In this document: piece after piece, positions 9,410 to 19,623 of the stretch
Layout of the letters: each line of letters begins with the position of its first letter
Numbering within the stretch: the stretch's first letter is position 1
DNA from: an uncultured Acidobacteriota bacterium
GTDB lineage: Bacteria; Acidobacteriota; JAQAZP01
Direction: 5' to 3'
Length of the DNA stretch: 64,000 nucleotides
NCBI GenBank assembly: GCA_963836075.1
Contig: CAWIIB010000009.1
Coordinates: forward strand, 1,472,001-1,536,000
Made by a program: the position numbers and the translations under genes
Notes under the pieces: generated by a model
The model's database searches: none
What the model was told of the DNA's origin: nothing
The model's input: the letters and a program-made list of their open reading frames with translations, nothing else

Positions 9410-10696
9410 ATGAAACTGACCGAAAACCTCTCCGTGGGCCTCGGCGGCCTCATCGACCACAAACTGCGCACCCTGCTGACCATGCTGGGCATCATCTTCG
9501 GTGTGGCCGCGGTGGTGTCCATGCTCTCCATCGGTGAAGGCGCCCGGCAGGAGGCGCTGAAGAAATACGAGATGCTCGGGGTGAACAACATCATCGTCCG
9601 GGAGAAGCCGATGAACCAGGACGAGCTGGAAAAGGTCCGGGCCGCCTTCTCCCGGGGGCTCTCGGTCCGTGACGCCGAGAGCCTCACCGAGATCGTGCCT
9701 TACGTGGTTGTGGCCGCGCCCCAGCGCGAGGTGGAACTGGACGTCAAGTACCGCGATGTCAGCACCAGCCGGATGGTGGTGGGCACGGTGATTTCCTACC
9801 AGCAGCTGATCAACTACTACGTGGAGAAGGGCTCCTTCTTCAACCACACCCAGTACGAGCAGTGCGAAAAGGTGTGCGTGCTCGGGGCGGGGGTCAAGCG
9901 CAAGCTCTTCCCGCTGGAGGACGCGCTGGACAAGATGGTCAAGCTGGGGGACCAGTGGTTCAGGGTCATCGGGGTGATGGAGCGCAAGGGGCAGTATCTG
10001 GAGGCCAGCGGGGTGGCGGCGATCCGCGACCTGGACGAGGACATTTACATCCCGCTGAGCACCTCCACCGAGCGGCTGGAGATGGCGGCCACTTCCATGG
10101 GGCGGGGGGCCCGTCGCGGGTCCGGCTACGAACGCACCAGGCTGAGCAGCGAGATCGACCAGATCACCATCCGGGTGAAGCAGAGTGAAGACCTGCCCGA
10201 GGCGGCCAACCTGATCAAGCGGATCCTGCTGCGCCGCCACCACAACAACAAGGACTTCGAGGTTATCGTCCCCGAAGCCCTGCTGGCCCAGGAGCGGAAG
10301 GAGAAGCGGATTTTCGACATCGTCATGGCCTGCATCGCCGGTATCTCGCTGCTGGTGGGCGGTATCGGCATCATGAACATCATGCTGGCCACGGTGCTGG
10401 AGCGGACCAGGGAGATCGGGGTGCGCCGGGCCATCGGCGCCACCCGGTCCGACATATTGGGCCAGTTCGTGGTGGAGGCATCGCTGATCAGTTTCATCGG
10501 CGGTGCCATCGGCATTTTCGTCGGTTTTGCCATGGCCTTCACCATCGACCAGGTGGCCAATTTCCGGGCGGTGGTGACCCTGTCCTCGATCATCGTCGCC
10601 TTTGGCGTGTCCACCCTGGTGGGCCTGGTATTCGGTATCTACCCGGCGCGGAAGGCGGCGCAGCTGGACCCCATCGAGGCTCTGCGATACGAGTGA
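9410..10696 (+). CDS. ABC transporter permease, MacB/FtsX family (no ATPase domain)
   Basis: KLRTLLTMLGIIFGVAAVV, GGIGIMNIMLATVLERTREIGVRRAIGA and PARKAAQLDPIEALRYE. Confidence 0.92.
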   Translation: MKLTENLSVGLGGLIDHKLRTLLTMLGIIFGVAAVVSMLSIGEGARQEALKKYEMLGVNNIIVREKPMNQDELEKVRAAFSRGLSVRDAESLTEIVPYVVVAAPQREVELDVKYRDVSTSRMVVGTVISYQQLINYYVEKGSFFNHTQYEQCEKVCVLGAGVKRKLFPLEDALDKMVKLGDQWFRVIGVMERKGQYLEASGVAAIRDLDEDIYIPLSTSTERLEMAATSMGRGARRGSGYERTRLSSEIDQITIRVKQSEDLPEAANLIKRILLRRHHNNKDFEVIVPEALLAQERKEKRIFDIVMACIAGISLLVGGIGIMNIMLATVLERTREIGVRRAIGATRSDILGQFVVEASLISFIGGAIGIFVGFAMAFTIDQVANFRAVVTLSSIIVAFGVSTLVGLVFGIYPARKAAQLDPIEALRYE

Positions 10697-10717
10697 GGCG
10701 ACTGCACACTGGAGGCG

Positions 10718-12214
10718 TTGATGAAGAGAATGGACCTGCGCGAGATCGTTCCGTTGCGGCCGACTCTGCTGTCAGTGATGCTGGCGGTGATGCTGGTGTC
10801 CGCCGGCGCGCCGGCCGCTGCCGGTGAGGAGGCGGCGGAGACCATCCAGGCGGGGCGGCTGCTGACGCTGGAGGAGAGTGTGGGCATCGCCCTGGAGCGC
10901 AACTTCGGCATCCGCCAGCAGCGGCGCAGCCATCTCTCCGCGGTGCAGGACCTGAAGCACGCCCGGGCCGAACGTTTCTACCCCCGGGCCTGGTCCGAGT
11001 TCCTGCTCCCCTCGTACCGCAAGGATACTATCAGCCAGTTTGACCTGGACACCGGGATCGAGGTGTTCGTCCCCAGCGATACCACCACGTACGACGGGTC
11101 GGTCTACGTGGCCCTGCCGATATTCACCGGCGGCTACTTCCAGGCCAGCTACGACGCGTTTCGCCTTGACCAGACCTCCGGCGACAACGAGGTCCACACC
11201 TGGTCCAGCACCAGCCGCCTCTCCTTCATCCAGCCCTTTCTTGGCGACAACGAGAACAAGCTGGCCGAGACCCGGGCCGAGACCGGTCTGCAGATCGCCG
11301 AGGAAGCCCTGCGGCGGCAGGTGGCCGGGCTGACCTACAATGTGGCCGCCGCGTACTACGGGCTGGTGCGGGCGATCAAGCGGGAGGAGATCGGCCGCGA
11401 CCGGATGGAGCAGGCCCGGGCGAGCTACGAGATCGCTTCCAACAAGTACGCCGCCGGGCTGATCCCCGAGGTGGAGGCGATGCAGCTGGAAGTGGAGGTG
11501 GCCCGGGCCGAGGCCGACCAGGAGAGTTTCAAGGCCACCCGGCAGGGAAACGAGGACCAGTTCCGGGACCTGCTCGGCCTGGGTCTGGACGATGACGTGG
11601 GCGTGGTCACCGAGATCCCGCAGGTGGCGGAGGAGATCGACCTCCAGGCCGCGGTGCAGCAGGCACTGGCCACCCGCAGCGATATCCGGGAACAGGAGCT
11701 CCAGATCCAGATATCCCATCTGGACCTGCGCAGCGTGCGCCGGGAGAACAACCTCAGGGGCAACCTCTCCATGTATTACGGATACGACGGCAAGGAGGAG
11801 AGCTACTCCGACACGCTGGACACATGGCGGCCCAACGAGGGGTTGACCTTCAACCTCACCCTGCCGATCTTCGATTCGGGGCGCAACAAGGCCCGGGTCA
11901 CCCAGCAGCGGCTCTCCCTGGAAAGCCTCGAACTGGGGCTGACCGACCTGCGGCGGCGGGTGGAACTGGAAGTGCGCGAGGCGGTGCGGGCGGTGGAAGA
12001 GGCGAAAACCAGGTTGGATATTCTCGCCTCCACCATGCGGGTGGCCGAGCGGACCTACGACATCAACCTCCAGCGCTTCGAGGTGGGAATCCTGACCAGC
12101 CAGAATCTCTTCCAGGAAGAGGTCCGCCTCAACGAGACCCGGCTGGAGCACCTCAACGCCGTCATCGACCTCAACCTGGCCTGGGCCCGCTACGAGCGGG
12201 TGGTGAACCAGTAG
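10718..12214 (+). CDS. TolC family outer membrane efflux protein
   Basis: Signal peptide, LTLEESVGIALERN, duplicated OEP helices and LTLPIFDSG. Co-operonic with the adaptor and permease. Confidence 0.88.
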   Translation: MMKRMDLREIVPLRPTLLSVMLAVMLVSAGAPAAAGEEAAETIQAGRLLTLEESVGIALERNFGIRQQRRSHLSAVQDLKHARAERFYPRAWSEFLLPSYRKDTISQFDLDTGIEVFVPSDTTTYDGSVYVALPIFTGGYFQASYDAFRLDQTSGDNEVHTWSSTSRLSFIQPFLGDNENKLAETRAETGLQIAEEALRRQVAGLTYNVAAAYYGLVRAIKREEIGRDRMEQARASYEIASNKYAAGLIPEVEAMQLEVEVARAEADQESFKATRQGNEDQFRDLLGLGLDDDVGVVTEIPQVAEEIDLQAAVQQALATRSDIREQELQIQISHLDLRSVRRENNLRGNLSMYYGYDGKEESYSDTLDTWRPNEGLTFNLTLPIFDSGRNKARVTQQRLSLESLELGLTDLRRRVELEVREAVRAVEEAKTRLDILASTMRVAERTYDINLQRFEVGILTSQNLFQEEVRLNETRLEHLNAVIDLNLAWARYERVVNQ

Positions 12215-12243
12215 GTTTCTGCCATCTGCGGGTCACCAAGCGT

Positions 12244-12270
12244 TAACTTTCCGGCCGGTTGTGCCGTAGA
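12244..12270 (+). promoter_or_regulatory. Putative sigma28 (FliA)-type promoter
   Basis: TAAC-15 bp-GCCGTAGA, compared with consensus TAAA-N15-GCCGATAA, directly upstream of an FlgM-like gene. Confidence 0.5.
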
Positions 12271-12341
12271 GCAGGAAAGAGAGCTGCCATGAACCGGCCG
12301 CTCCGCAAACGGGCGGGAAGCTGATCTCCCGGGAGGAGTGC

Positions 12342-12536
12342 GTGATGAGCGAGGAGCAGAAGAAGATCGATCGCCGTGCGCCCGCCTCTCCCCTGGACCG
12401 ACCGCCGGACCCCACCGACGAGGAAGCCCGCGAAGCCTATCTGCGCCGCCTGCGCAACGAAATCGAAGAAGGCCTGTACAAGGTCCCCGCCGAGTGGATC
12501 GCCGAAAAGATCATCGAATCCGAGATGGACGAGTAA
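12342..12536 (+). CDS. FlgM-like anti-sigma-28 factor (C-terminal domain only)
   Basis: RLRNEIEEGLYKVPAEWIAEKII matches the FlgM C-terminal pattern (I..G.Y.V....IA..I). GGAGGA RBS upstream. Confidence 0.65.
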   Translation: MMSEEQKKIDRRAPASPLDRPPDPTDEEAREAYLRRLRNEIEEGLYKVPAEWIAEKIIESEMDE

Positions 12537-12689
12537 CCGCCCAGTCTCCGAGACGCCTCGGGTATCCACTCCGAACGCTGATTCGTCCCGCTACGAGTGC
12601 CGTGCCGCATCCGTCCATCCGTGCCACTGTCGGTCCACGGGCCGAATCTTGATCCGTTCTTCGTGGATGCCCGAGGCGTCCAGTGATGG

Positions 12690-14774
12690 TCAGCTGGTGT
12701 TGGTCTTGCGGCCGGACTCGTCGAAGCGGTGGAATTCCATGGTGTAGGAACCGCGGCCCTGGGTCAGGGAACGGAAGGTGGTGGAGTAGTTGAAGAGGTC
12801 GGAGAGCGTGGCATAGGCTTCCACCAGCTTGAGCTGGCGGTCGCCCGCCAGGGCGTCATCGTCTCCCTGGGCCATCCCCTCGATCTTGCCCCCCCGGGAC
12901 ATCAGGTCGCGGATCACCTCGCCGGTGGCGTCCTCGGGCACCTCGAGACTGATCCGCATCACCGGCTCCAGCAGCAGTGGTGAGGCCTCGCGGAAGGCCG
13001 CGTCAAGGGCCTTTCCGGCGGCCACCTTGAAGGCCAGTGCGGAAGCGTCGTTCTCTTTCAATTCGCCTTCGGCCAGCGCGGCCTTGATGTCGGTCATGGG
13101 ATAGCCCATGATCTGCCCGCTCTGTGCGGAATCGCGGATCCCTTCCAGCGCTGCGGCAGCATAGGTCTCGGGGATATCTTCCACCGGCGCCCGGTTCACC
13201 ACCCGGAACCCGCCGGCACGCTCCAGCGGAGTCAGACTCACCCGCACCCGGGCATAGTGCTGTTTGCCGGCGATCTCCTTGTTGAACTCGCCCCAGCCGT
13301 CGGCGGCGGCGGCGATGGTCTCGCGGTAGACCACCTGCGGCTTGCCGGTCTTGACCTCGACGTTGAACAGCTGCTTCAGGCGGTCGACGATGATCTCCAG
13401 GTGCAGTTCGCCCATTCCCGAGATCACGTTCTGTCCTGTCTCCTCCTCAAGCTTGAAGATGAAGGTCGGGTCGTCGGCGGTGAGCTTTTTCAGCGCTTCC
13501 TGCAGCCGGTCCAGGTCGCCCACCGTTCGCGGCTCGATGGCCATGGAGATCACCGGTACCGGCCGGTCGATGTTCTCCAACTGGATCGGGTGGTCCGGGT
13601 GGCAGAGGGTGTCGCCGGTGCTGCACTGTTTGAGGCCGGCCACGGTGACGATGTCGCCGGCCCGCATCACGTCCTGGCGTTCGCGGCGGTCGGCGTGCAT
13701 ACGGAAGATGCGCGCCACCCGTTCCTTTGCCTCGTTGGTGGCGTTGAGCGCGATGGCGCCCTTTTCGATGCTGCCGGAATAGACCCGCAGGTAGGTCAGC
13801 CGGGTTTCCGGAGTGCTCACCACCTTGAAGGCCAGGGCACAGAACGGCTCGGAGAACTCGGGCGAGCGCTGCACCCGCCCACCGGTCAGCGGGTTGATCC
13901 CCTCCACCGGCGGCAGGTCGATGGGCGAGGGCAGGTAGTCCACCACCGCGTCCAGCAGCGGCTGGATGCAGCGGTTGCGCAGGGCCGAACCGCAGAGCAC
14001 CGGCATCAGTTTCCCGGCGATGGTGCCCGAGCGCAGGGCGGCGACGATTTCCTTCTCCTCCAGCTCTTCGCCGGTGAGGTACTTCTCCATCAGCGTGTCA
14101 TCCACGTCGCACGCCGCTTCCAGCAGAGCCTCCCGCGCGGCGCGGCAGCTTTCCTCCAGTTCCTGCGGGATCTCCGTTTCGCGGTAACTGGCGCCCAGCT
14201 CGTCGGTGTCGTAGATCAGCGCCCGGTTGCGCACCAGGTCCACCGCGCCGGTGAAGTTTCCTTCCTCGCCGATGGGCAGCTGCACCGGCACCGCGTTGGC
14301 CCCCAGGACACGGCGGATCGAGTGCACCGCCCGCTCGAAACTGGCCCCGATGCGGTCCAGCTTGTTGATGATGGCAATCCGCGGGACGCCGTAGCGGGTG
14401 GCCTGGCGCCAGACCGTCTCGGACTGCGGCTGGACTCCCGCCACGCCGCAGAAGACCACCACCGCGCCGTCGAGCACCCGCAGGGACCGCTCCACCTCGA
14501 TGGTGAAGTCCACGTGGCCCGGAGTGTCGATGATGTTCACCTGGTGGTCTTTCCAGGAGACGGTGGTGGCGGCGGAGGTGATGGTGATCCCCTTGGCCTG
14601 TTCCTGGGGCAGGTAGTCCATCACCGCGGCCCCGTCGTGGACCTCGCCCATCTTGTGGGTCACGCCGGCGTAGTAGAGCACCCTTTCGGTGACCGTGGTC
14701 TTGCCGGCGTCGATGTGCGCAATGATCCCCACGTTGCGCAGCCGGTTCAGGATTTTCCCGGGTTTGGATGCCAT
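12690..14774 (-). CDS. fusA: Elongation factor G (orphan paralogue, outside the str operon)
   Basis: [41 protein letters not shown] and PQVVYRET. Start taken at MASKPG (14774). Confidence 0.93.
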   Translation of the reverse strand: MASKPGKILNRLRNVGIIAHIDAGKTTVTERVLYYAGVTHKMGEVHDGAAVMDYLPQEQAKGITITSAATTVSWKDHQVNIIDTPGHVDFTIEVERSLRVLDGAVVVFCGVAGVQPQSETVWRQATRYGVPRIAIINKLDRIGASFERAVHSIRRVLGANAVPVQLPIGEEGNFTGAVDLVRNRALIYDTDELGASYRETEIPQELEESCRAAREALLEAACDVDDTLMEKYLTGEELEEKEIVAALRSGTIAGKLMPVLCGSALRNRCIQPLLDAVVDYLPSPIDLPPVEGINPLTGGRVQRSPEFSEPFCALAFKVVSTPETRLTYLRVYSGSIEKGAIALNATNEAKERVARIFRMHADRRERQDVMRAGDIVTVAGLKQCSTGDTLCHPDHPIQLENIDRPVPVISMAIEPRTVGDLDRLQEALKKLTADDPTFIFKLEEETGQNVISGMGELHLEIIVDRLKQLFNVEVKTGKPQVVYRETIAAAADGWGEFNKEIAGKQHYARVRVSLTPLERAGGFRVVNRAPVEDIPETYAAAALEGIRDSAQSGQIMGYPMTDIKAALAEGELKENDASALAFKVAAGKALDAAFREASPLLLEPVMRISLEVPEDATGEVIRDLMSRGGKIEGMAQGDDDALAGDRQLKLVEAYATLSDLFNYSTTFRSLTQGRGSYTMEFHRFDESGRKTNTS

Positions 14775-14958
14775 CTTTCGAACCACCCATGATGAGGCTG
14801 GGCCAGGCCGGTGCAACGGACCGTTTCGGGACAGGAATTGCCGAAAAGGAAGTCAACGGCGGCGCAGCAGCAGGAGGAATCATACCGGATCGGTGCGCGT
14901 CAAATCAACGAACCGGGCACGGGTTACCGCGGCATGCACATTTGTTTTATCATGGGGC

Positions 14959-15612
14959 ATGACTACCGGGCAGCGATCATTCTGGGACGGGCAGGCCGCG
15001 GAGAGGACTCGCTTCACCGCCCCGGGGCCCGGGGAGGCCTTCTTCGATCTAGTCCCTCCGGGTTGCCGTCTGCTGGATCTCGGCTGCGGCTACGGACGCA
15101 CCCTGCACCAGCTTGCCCGCCGCGGATACGGACGTCTCAACGGCATCGACTTCTCTCCCTCCATGCTTCGCCGGGCCCGGGAGGGCGGGGTGGCCGGCGG
15201 TCTGGCCGCGGCCTCGGCGTCGGCCCTGCCCTTTGCCGATGGAGTTTTCGACGCCGTGCTGGCCGTGGCCCTCTTTACCTGCATCCCGGATCTCGAGGCC
15301 CAGCGCCGGGTTGCCGCCGAAGCCCACCGGGTGCTCCGTCCAGGTGGTGTCTTGTGCGCCAGCCTCTTCCTGCTCAACCGCGACACACGAAACCGTGAGC
15401 GCTACCGCCGGCTGGCCCGACCGGGGAGCCGGGACTGGGGCCTCTTTCACCTGAAGCCGGACGGGCTGCTGCGCCATCACGCCCTGGGCCGCCTGCGGCG
15501 GCTCTTTCACCGCTTCCGCTGGCTTAAGGCCGAGATACGGAATTTCGACACCATGGGCGGTCACAGCTCCCGCGGGCTGATGCTGCTGGCCTGCAAGGAG
15601 GAGGGGCGATGA
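14959..15612 (+). CDS. Class I SAM-dependent methyltransferase
   Basis: LLDLGCGYG, GIDFSPSML, LPFADGVFD and RVLRPGG. Start ATG at 14959; stop overlaps the next start (ATGA). Confidence 0.85.
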   Translation: MTTGQRSFWDGQAAERTRFTAPGPGEAFFDLVPPGCRLLDLGCGYGRTLHQLARRGYGRLNGIDFSPSMLRRAREGGVAGGLAAASASALPFADGVFDAVLAVALFTCIPDLEAQRRVAAEAHRVLRPGGVLCASLFLLNRDTRNRERYRRLARPGSRDWGLFHLKPDGLLRHHALGRLRRLFHRFRWLKAEIRNFDTMGGHSSRGLMLLACKEEGR

Positions 15613-16442
15613 ACAACCGCCGCACCAGGGGCCTGGTGGACCTGCACCTGCATTCCACCTTTTCCCCCGATGCCAGGGTCACCGTGGAGCAGCACTGCCG
15701 CACCGCCCTGGCGCTGGGCCTGCGCCGCATCGGCTTCAGCGAACACCTGGAGCTGGACCCCGCGGACAAGGGGTACGGCTACTTGAACTACCCGGTGTAC
15801 CTGGCCGAGATCAGGCGCTGCCGGCGCCTGTTCCAGGGGCGGCTGGAGATCACCGCCGGGGTTGAGGTGACCTGGCTCCCCGAGCTGGAACAGCTGATCG
15901 CGGAGACGCTGGCGGCGATGCCCGACCTGGATCACGTGATCGGGTCGGTGCACCTGGTGGAAGGGGGAAACATGACCGACCCCCGCGAGGTGGGCGACTT
16001 TTTCCGCCGCCGCTCAGCTGCCGAGGTCTACGGCCCCTATTTTCAGCTGGTGGGCCAGGCGGCTTCCTGCGGGCTCTTCGACATCCTCGGTCACTTTGAC
16101 GTGGCCAAGAAGTTCGGCGTGACCGAGTATGGCCCCTTTGAATACGGTGAGTGGGCCCACCTGGCCGAACCGGTGCTGCGCCTGGCAGCGGATGCCGGCC
16201 TGGTGCTGGAAATCAACGCCTCGGGCCTGCGCCAGTATCCCGACGAGACCTATCCCACCGTCGAAGCGCTGGACCGGTTCCGCCAGCTGGGCGGGGTGGG
16301 AGTGACCCTCGGTTCGGACGGCCACGTGCGCCGTCACGGCTGCTGGGGTCTGGATACAGCCGCGGCCACGGCCCGGGCCGCCGGGTTCCGCCGGCTGGCG
16401 GTCTTCCTCAACAGGAAACTGAGCTTCTACCCGCTACCCTAA
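15609..16442 (+). CDS. PHP-family histidinol-phosphatase (HisJ/HisK-like)
   Basis: DLHLHS, GFSEH, GVE, IGSVH, GHFD, LEINASG and GSDGH. Confidence 0.85.
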   Translation: MNNRRTRGLVDLHLHSTFSPDARVTVEQHCRTALALGLRRIGFSEHLELDPADKGYGYLNYPVYLAEIRRCRRLFQGRLEITAGVEVTWLPELEQLIAETLAAMPDLDHVIGSVHLVEGGNMTDPREVGDFFRRRSAAEVYGPYFQLVGQAASCGLFDILGHFDVAKKFGVTEYGPFEYGEWAHLAEPVLRLAADAGLVLEINASGLRQYPDETYPTVEALDRFRQLGGVGVTLGSDGHVRRHGCWGLDTAAATARAAGFRRLAVFLNRKLSFYPLP

Positions 16443-16461
16443 GACGTGACTGTCACCGTTA

Positions 16462-16857
16462 TTAGAGGTCCAGACCCCGGGCTTCGGGGGCGGGGAAGTG
16501 GTCGCGGACCTTCTTGATCCGGTTCTTGCGGTCCACCAGGACGACACGGGGCTGGCGGGAGAGCATTTCCTGCTCTTCCATCCAGGCATAGGAGGCGATG
16601 ATCACCAGGTCGCCGGGGCCGGCCAGGTGGGCCGCGGCGCCGTTGATGCAGACCGTTCCCGATCCGCGCTGGCCCTTGATCACATAGGTCTCGAACCGCG
16701 AGCCGTTGGTGATGTTGTAGACCGCAATCCCCTCGAACTCCTGCAGGTCGGCGGCGTCCATCAACTCCTGGTCCAGGGTCAGGCTGCCCTCGTAGTCGAG
16801 GTCGGCCTCGGTGACCGTGGCCCGGTGCACTTTTGATTTGAGCATAAGTCGAAGCAT
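16462..16857 (-). CDS. panD: Aspartate 1-decarboxylase
   Basis: [16 protein letters not shown] self-cleavage site, NGSRFETY and INGAAAH. Confidence 0.97.
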   Translation of the reverse strand: MLRLMLKSKVHRATVTEADLDYEGSLTLDQELMDAADLQEFEGIAVYNITNGSRFETYVIKGQRGSGTVCINGAAAHLAGPGDLVIIASYAWMEEQEMLSRQPRVVLVDRKNRIKKVRDHFPAPEARGLDL

Positions 16858-16860
16858 GTT

Positions 16861-17732
16861 CTATCCCTCGCCGGTGTCCGGAAGTTCTCCGGCGTCCACA
16901 ATCACATTGTCGATCAGCCGCGTGTTGCCGAGGGTGATGGCGGCGGCCACCAGCACCGTTCCGGAGAGCTGGCGCAGCTCGTCCAGCGTCTCCCAGCCGA
17001 CAGTGGAGATGTAGTCGATCTCCAGGTCCTCGTCAGGCGCGATGATCTCCTTCATCCGGGCCACCACCGGGTCCGTATCGTGCTCTCCGCCCGCGATCAT
17101 CTCCGCCGCGGCCAGGAGGCTCCTGGACAGGCAGAGCGCCCGTTGCCGCTCCTCGGCCGAGAGGTAGCGGTTGCGCGAGCTGAGCGCCAGGCCGTCGGCC
17201 TCGCGCACGATGGGCATCGGCCGGATCTCCACGCCCATGTTCAGGTCACGGACAATGGTCTCCACCACCCGCACCTGCTGGGCATCCTTGAGCCCGAAAT
17301 AGGCGCGGTGGGGCCGGATGATGTTGAACAGCTTGGCCACCACCGTGGCCACGCCGTCGAAATGCCCGGGGCGGCTGGCGCCGCAGAGGTTTTCGGTGAC
17401 CTTCTTCACCCGCACGCTGGTGTGGAAACGGGGCGGGTAGATCTCGTCCGGCTGGGGGAGAAAGAGCAGGTCCACCCCCTCGCTCTGCAGCAGCATGCGG
17501 TCCTGTTCCGGATCGCGGGGGTAGCTCTCGAAATCCTCCTCCGGGCCGAACTGTGTCGGGTTGACAAAGACGCTGGCCACGGAGATGTCGTTCTCCTCGC
17601 CGGAGGCCCGCACCAGGCTGAGGTGCCCCTGGTGCAGGGAACCCATGGTGGGGGTGAACCCCACCGGTTTCCCGCCGTCCGGGTTCAGCTGCTGCAGTGC
17701 GGCCCGGGCCTCTTCAATGGTCGTTGCGATGA

Positions 17733-17736
<4 letters not shown>
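16861..17736 (-). CDS. panC: Pantoate--beta-alanine ligase
   Basis: PTMGSLHQGH, FVNPTQF, RPGHFDGV, KDAQQ, LALSSRN and RLIDN. Confidence 0.97.
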
Positions 17737-18611
<875 letters not shown>

Positions 18612-18659
18612 CGGTGGTCGCTCCTTTTTCTCCCCTCCCGGGCCACCTGGCCACCTGGG

Positions 18660-18763
18660 GTAGAGGGAATCGGGGATCCAAACGATCCAGTCTCTCTAGG
18701 CTGTGCGGTCGAGGCGCCCGGACCCCGCTGCCGTCCCGGTCAGCTGGCTGATCCAAGCGGCAG
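18660..18763 (-). ncRNA. pan-motif-like cis-regulatory RNA in the panB leader
   Basis: On the mRNA strand, CUGCCG-CUUGG-A-UCAGC-CA-GCUGA-CCGGG-A-CGGCAG forms a hairpin with two bulged As (18763->18728). A GAGACUGGAUC segment follows. The location upstream of panB is typical of the pan RNA motif. Confidence 0.65.
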
Positions 18764-19393
18764 GTAGTGCCGGGTGCCTTCGGTCATCGTCTCGATCTGA
18801 ACGATCAGGTCGAGCAGTTTGCTGCGGTCCTCCACGAAGTTGACGCCGTCGGTCTGAACCACCAGCAGCGGCGCTTCGGAGTAGTGGGAAAAGAAATAAC
18901 TGTAAGCCCGGTTCAACTCGAGAATGTACTCGTCGCTGATGTCGCTCTCGTAGATCCGATTCCGTTTTTCGATACGCCGGCGCAGTGTCTCGTCCGAGGC
19001 CTGGAGATAGATCACCAGCTCGGGCACCGGCACGCTCTGGGCCAGCATGTTGTAAAGCTTCTCGTAGAGCGCCAGTTCGCTGTCCTCCAGGCTGAGATAG
19101 GCGAAGATCTTGTCCTTCTCGAACAGATAGTCGCAGATCATCATCTGCTGGAAGAGGTCGGACTGGTTCAGCTCGGCCTGCTGCCGGTGGCGGCTGAGCA
19201 GAAAGAAGAGCTGGGCCTGGAACGCGGCGCCCCGCTTGTCCTCGTAGTAGTCCTTTAGAAACGGATTGTCCGATTCGTCCAGAACCACCCGGGCGTCCAG
19301 CTTGGCGGCGAGCAGGTTCACCAGGGTTGTCTTACCCGATCCGATACACCCCTCGACGGCGATGTAGCGGTGCTGAATATTATGCTTAACCAT
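18740..19393 (-). CDS. Deoxynucleoside kinase family protein
   Basis: YIAVEGCIGSGKTT P-loop, NPFLKDYY, QLFFLLSR and DYLFEKD. A classic neighbour of folK and panB. Confidence 0.92.
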   Translation of the reverse strand: MVKHNIQHRYIAVEGCIGSGKTTLVNLLAAKLDARVVLDESDNPFLKDYYEDKRGAAFQAQLFFLLSRHRQQAELNQSDLFQQMMICDYLFEKDKIFAYLSLEDSELALYEKLYNMLAQSVPVPELVIYLQASDETLRRRIEKRNRIYESDISDEYILELNRAYSYFFSHYSEAPLLVVQTDGVNFVEDRSKLLDLIVQIETMTEGTRHYLPLGSAS

Positions 19394-19429
19394 TCATTAT
19401 CAACGAATTGAGCGATCTATAAAAAAAGA

Positions 19430-19458
19430 AGTATACCGTTTTTGGGGCCTGATTTCAA
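19430..19458 (-). promoter_or_regulatory. Putative sigma70 promoter of the dNK-panBCD operon
   Basis: TTGAAA-17 bp-TATACT on the minus strand, in an AT-rich intergenic region. Confidence 0.6.
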
Positions 19459-19486
19459 GGTAATGATCAGGGTGGGCCGGAGTGCC

Positions 19487-19542
19487 TTGACAGGGAAACA
19501 ATTTTTCCTTTATTATTCCCTGTAATCCTACTTATAAAGTAG
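19487..19542 (+). promoter_or_regulatory. Putative promoter with two palindromic operator-like sites
   Basis: TTGACA-18 bp-TATTAT. Inverted repeat ACAGGGAA/TTCCCTGT (19490-19523) and palindrome CTACTT-ATA-AAGTAG (19528-19542). Confidence 0.5.
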
Positions 19543-19623
19543 ACAATTTTGGGGTTCGCCTCATCTCGTCCTGGAATGAGGTCGCTCATACCTGAAGTTG
19601 CTTGACGAAGAGGAGCAGGAAAC

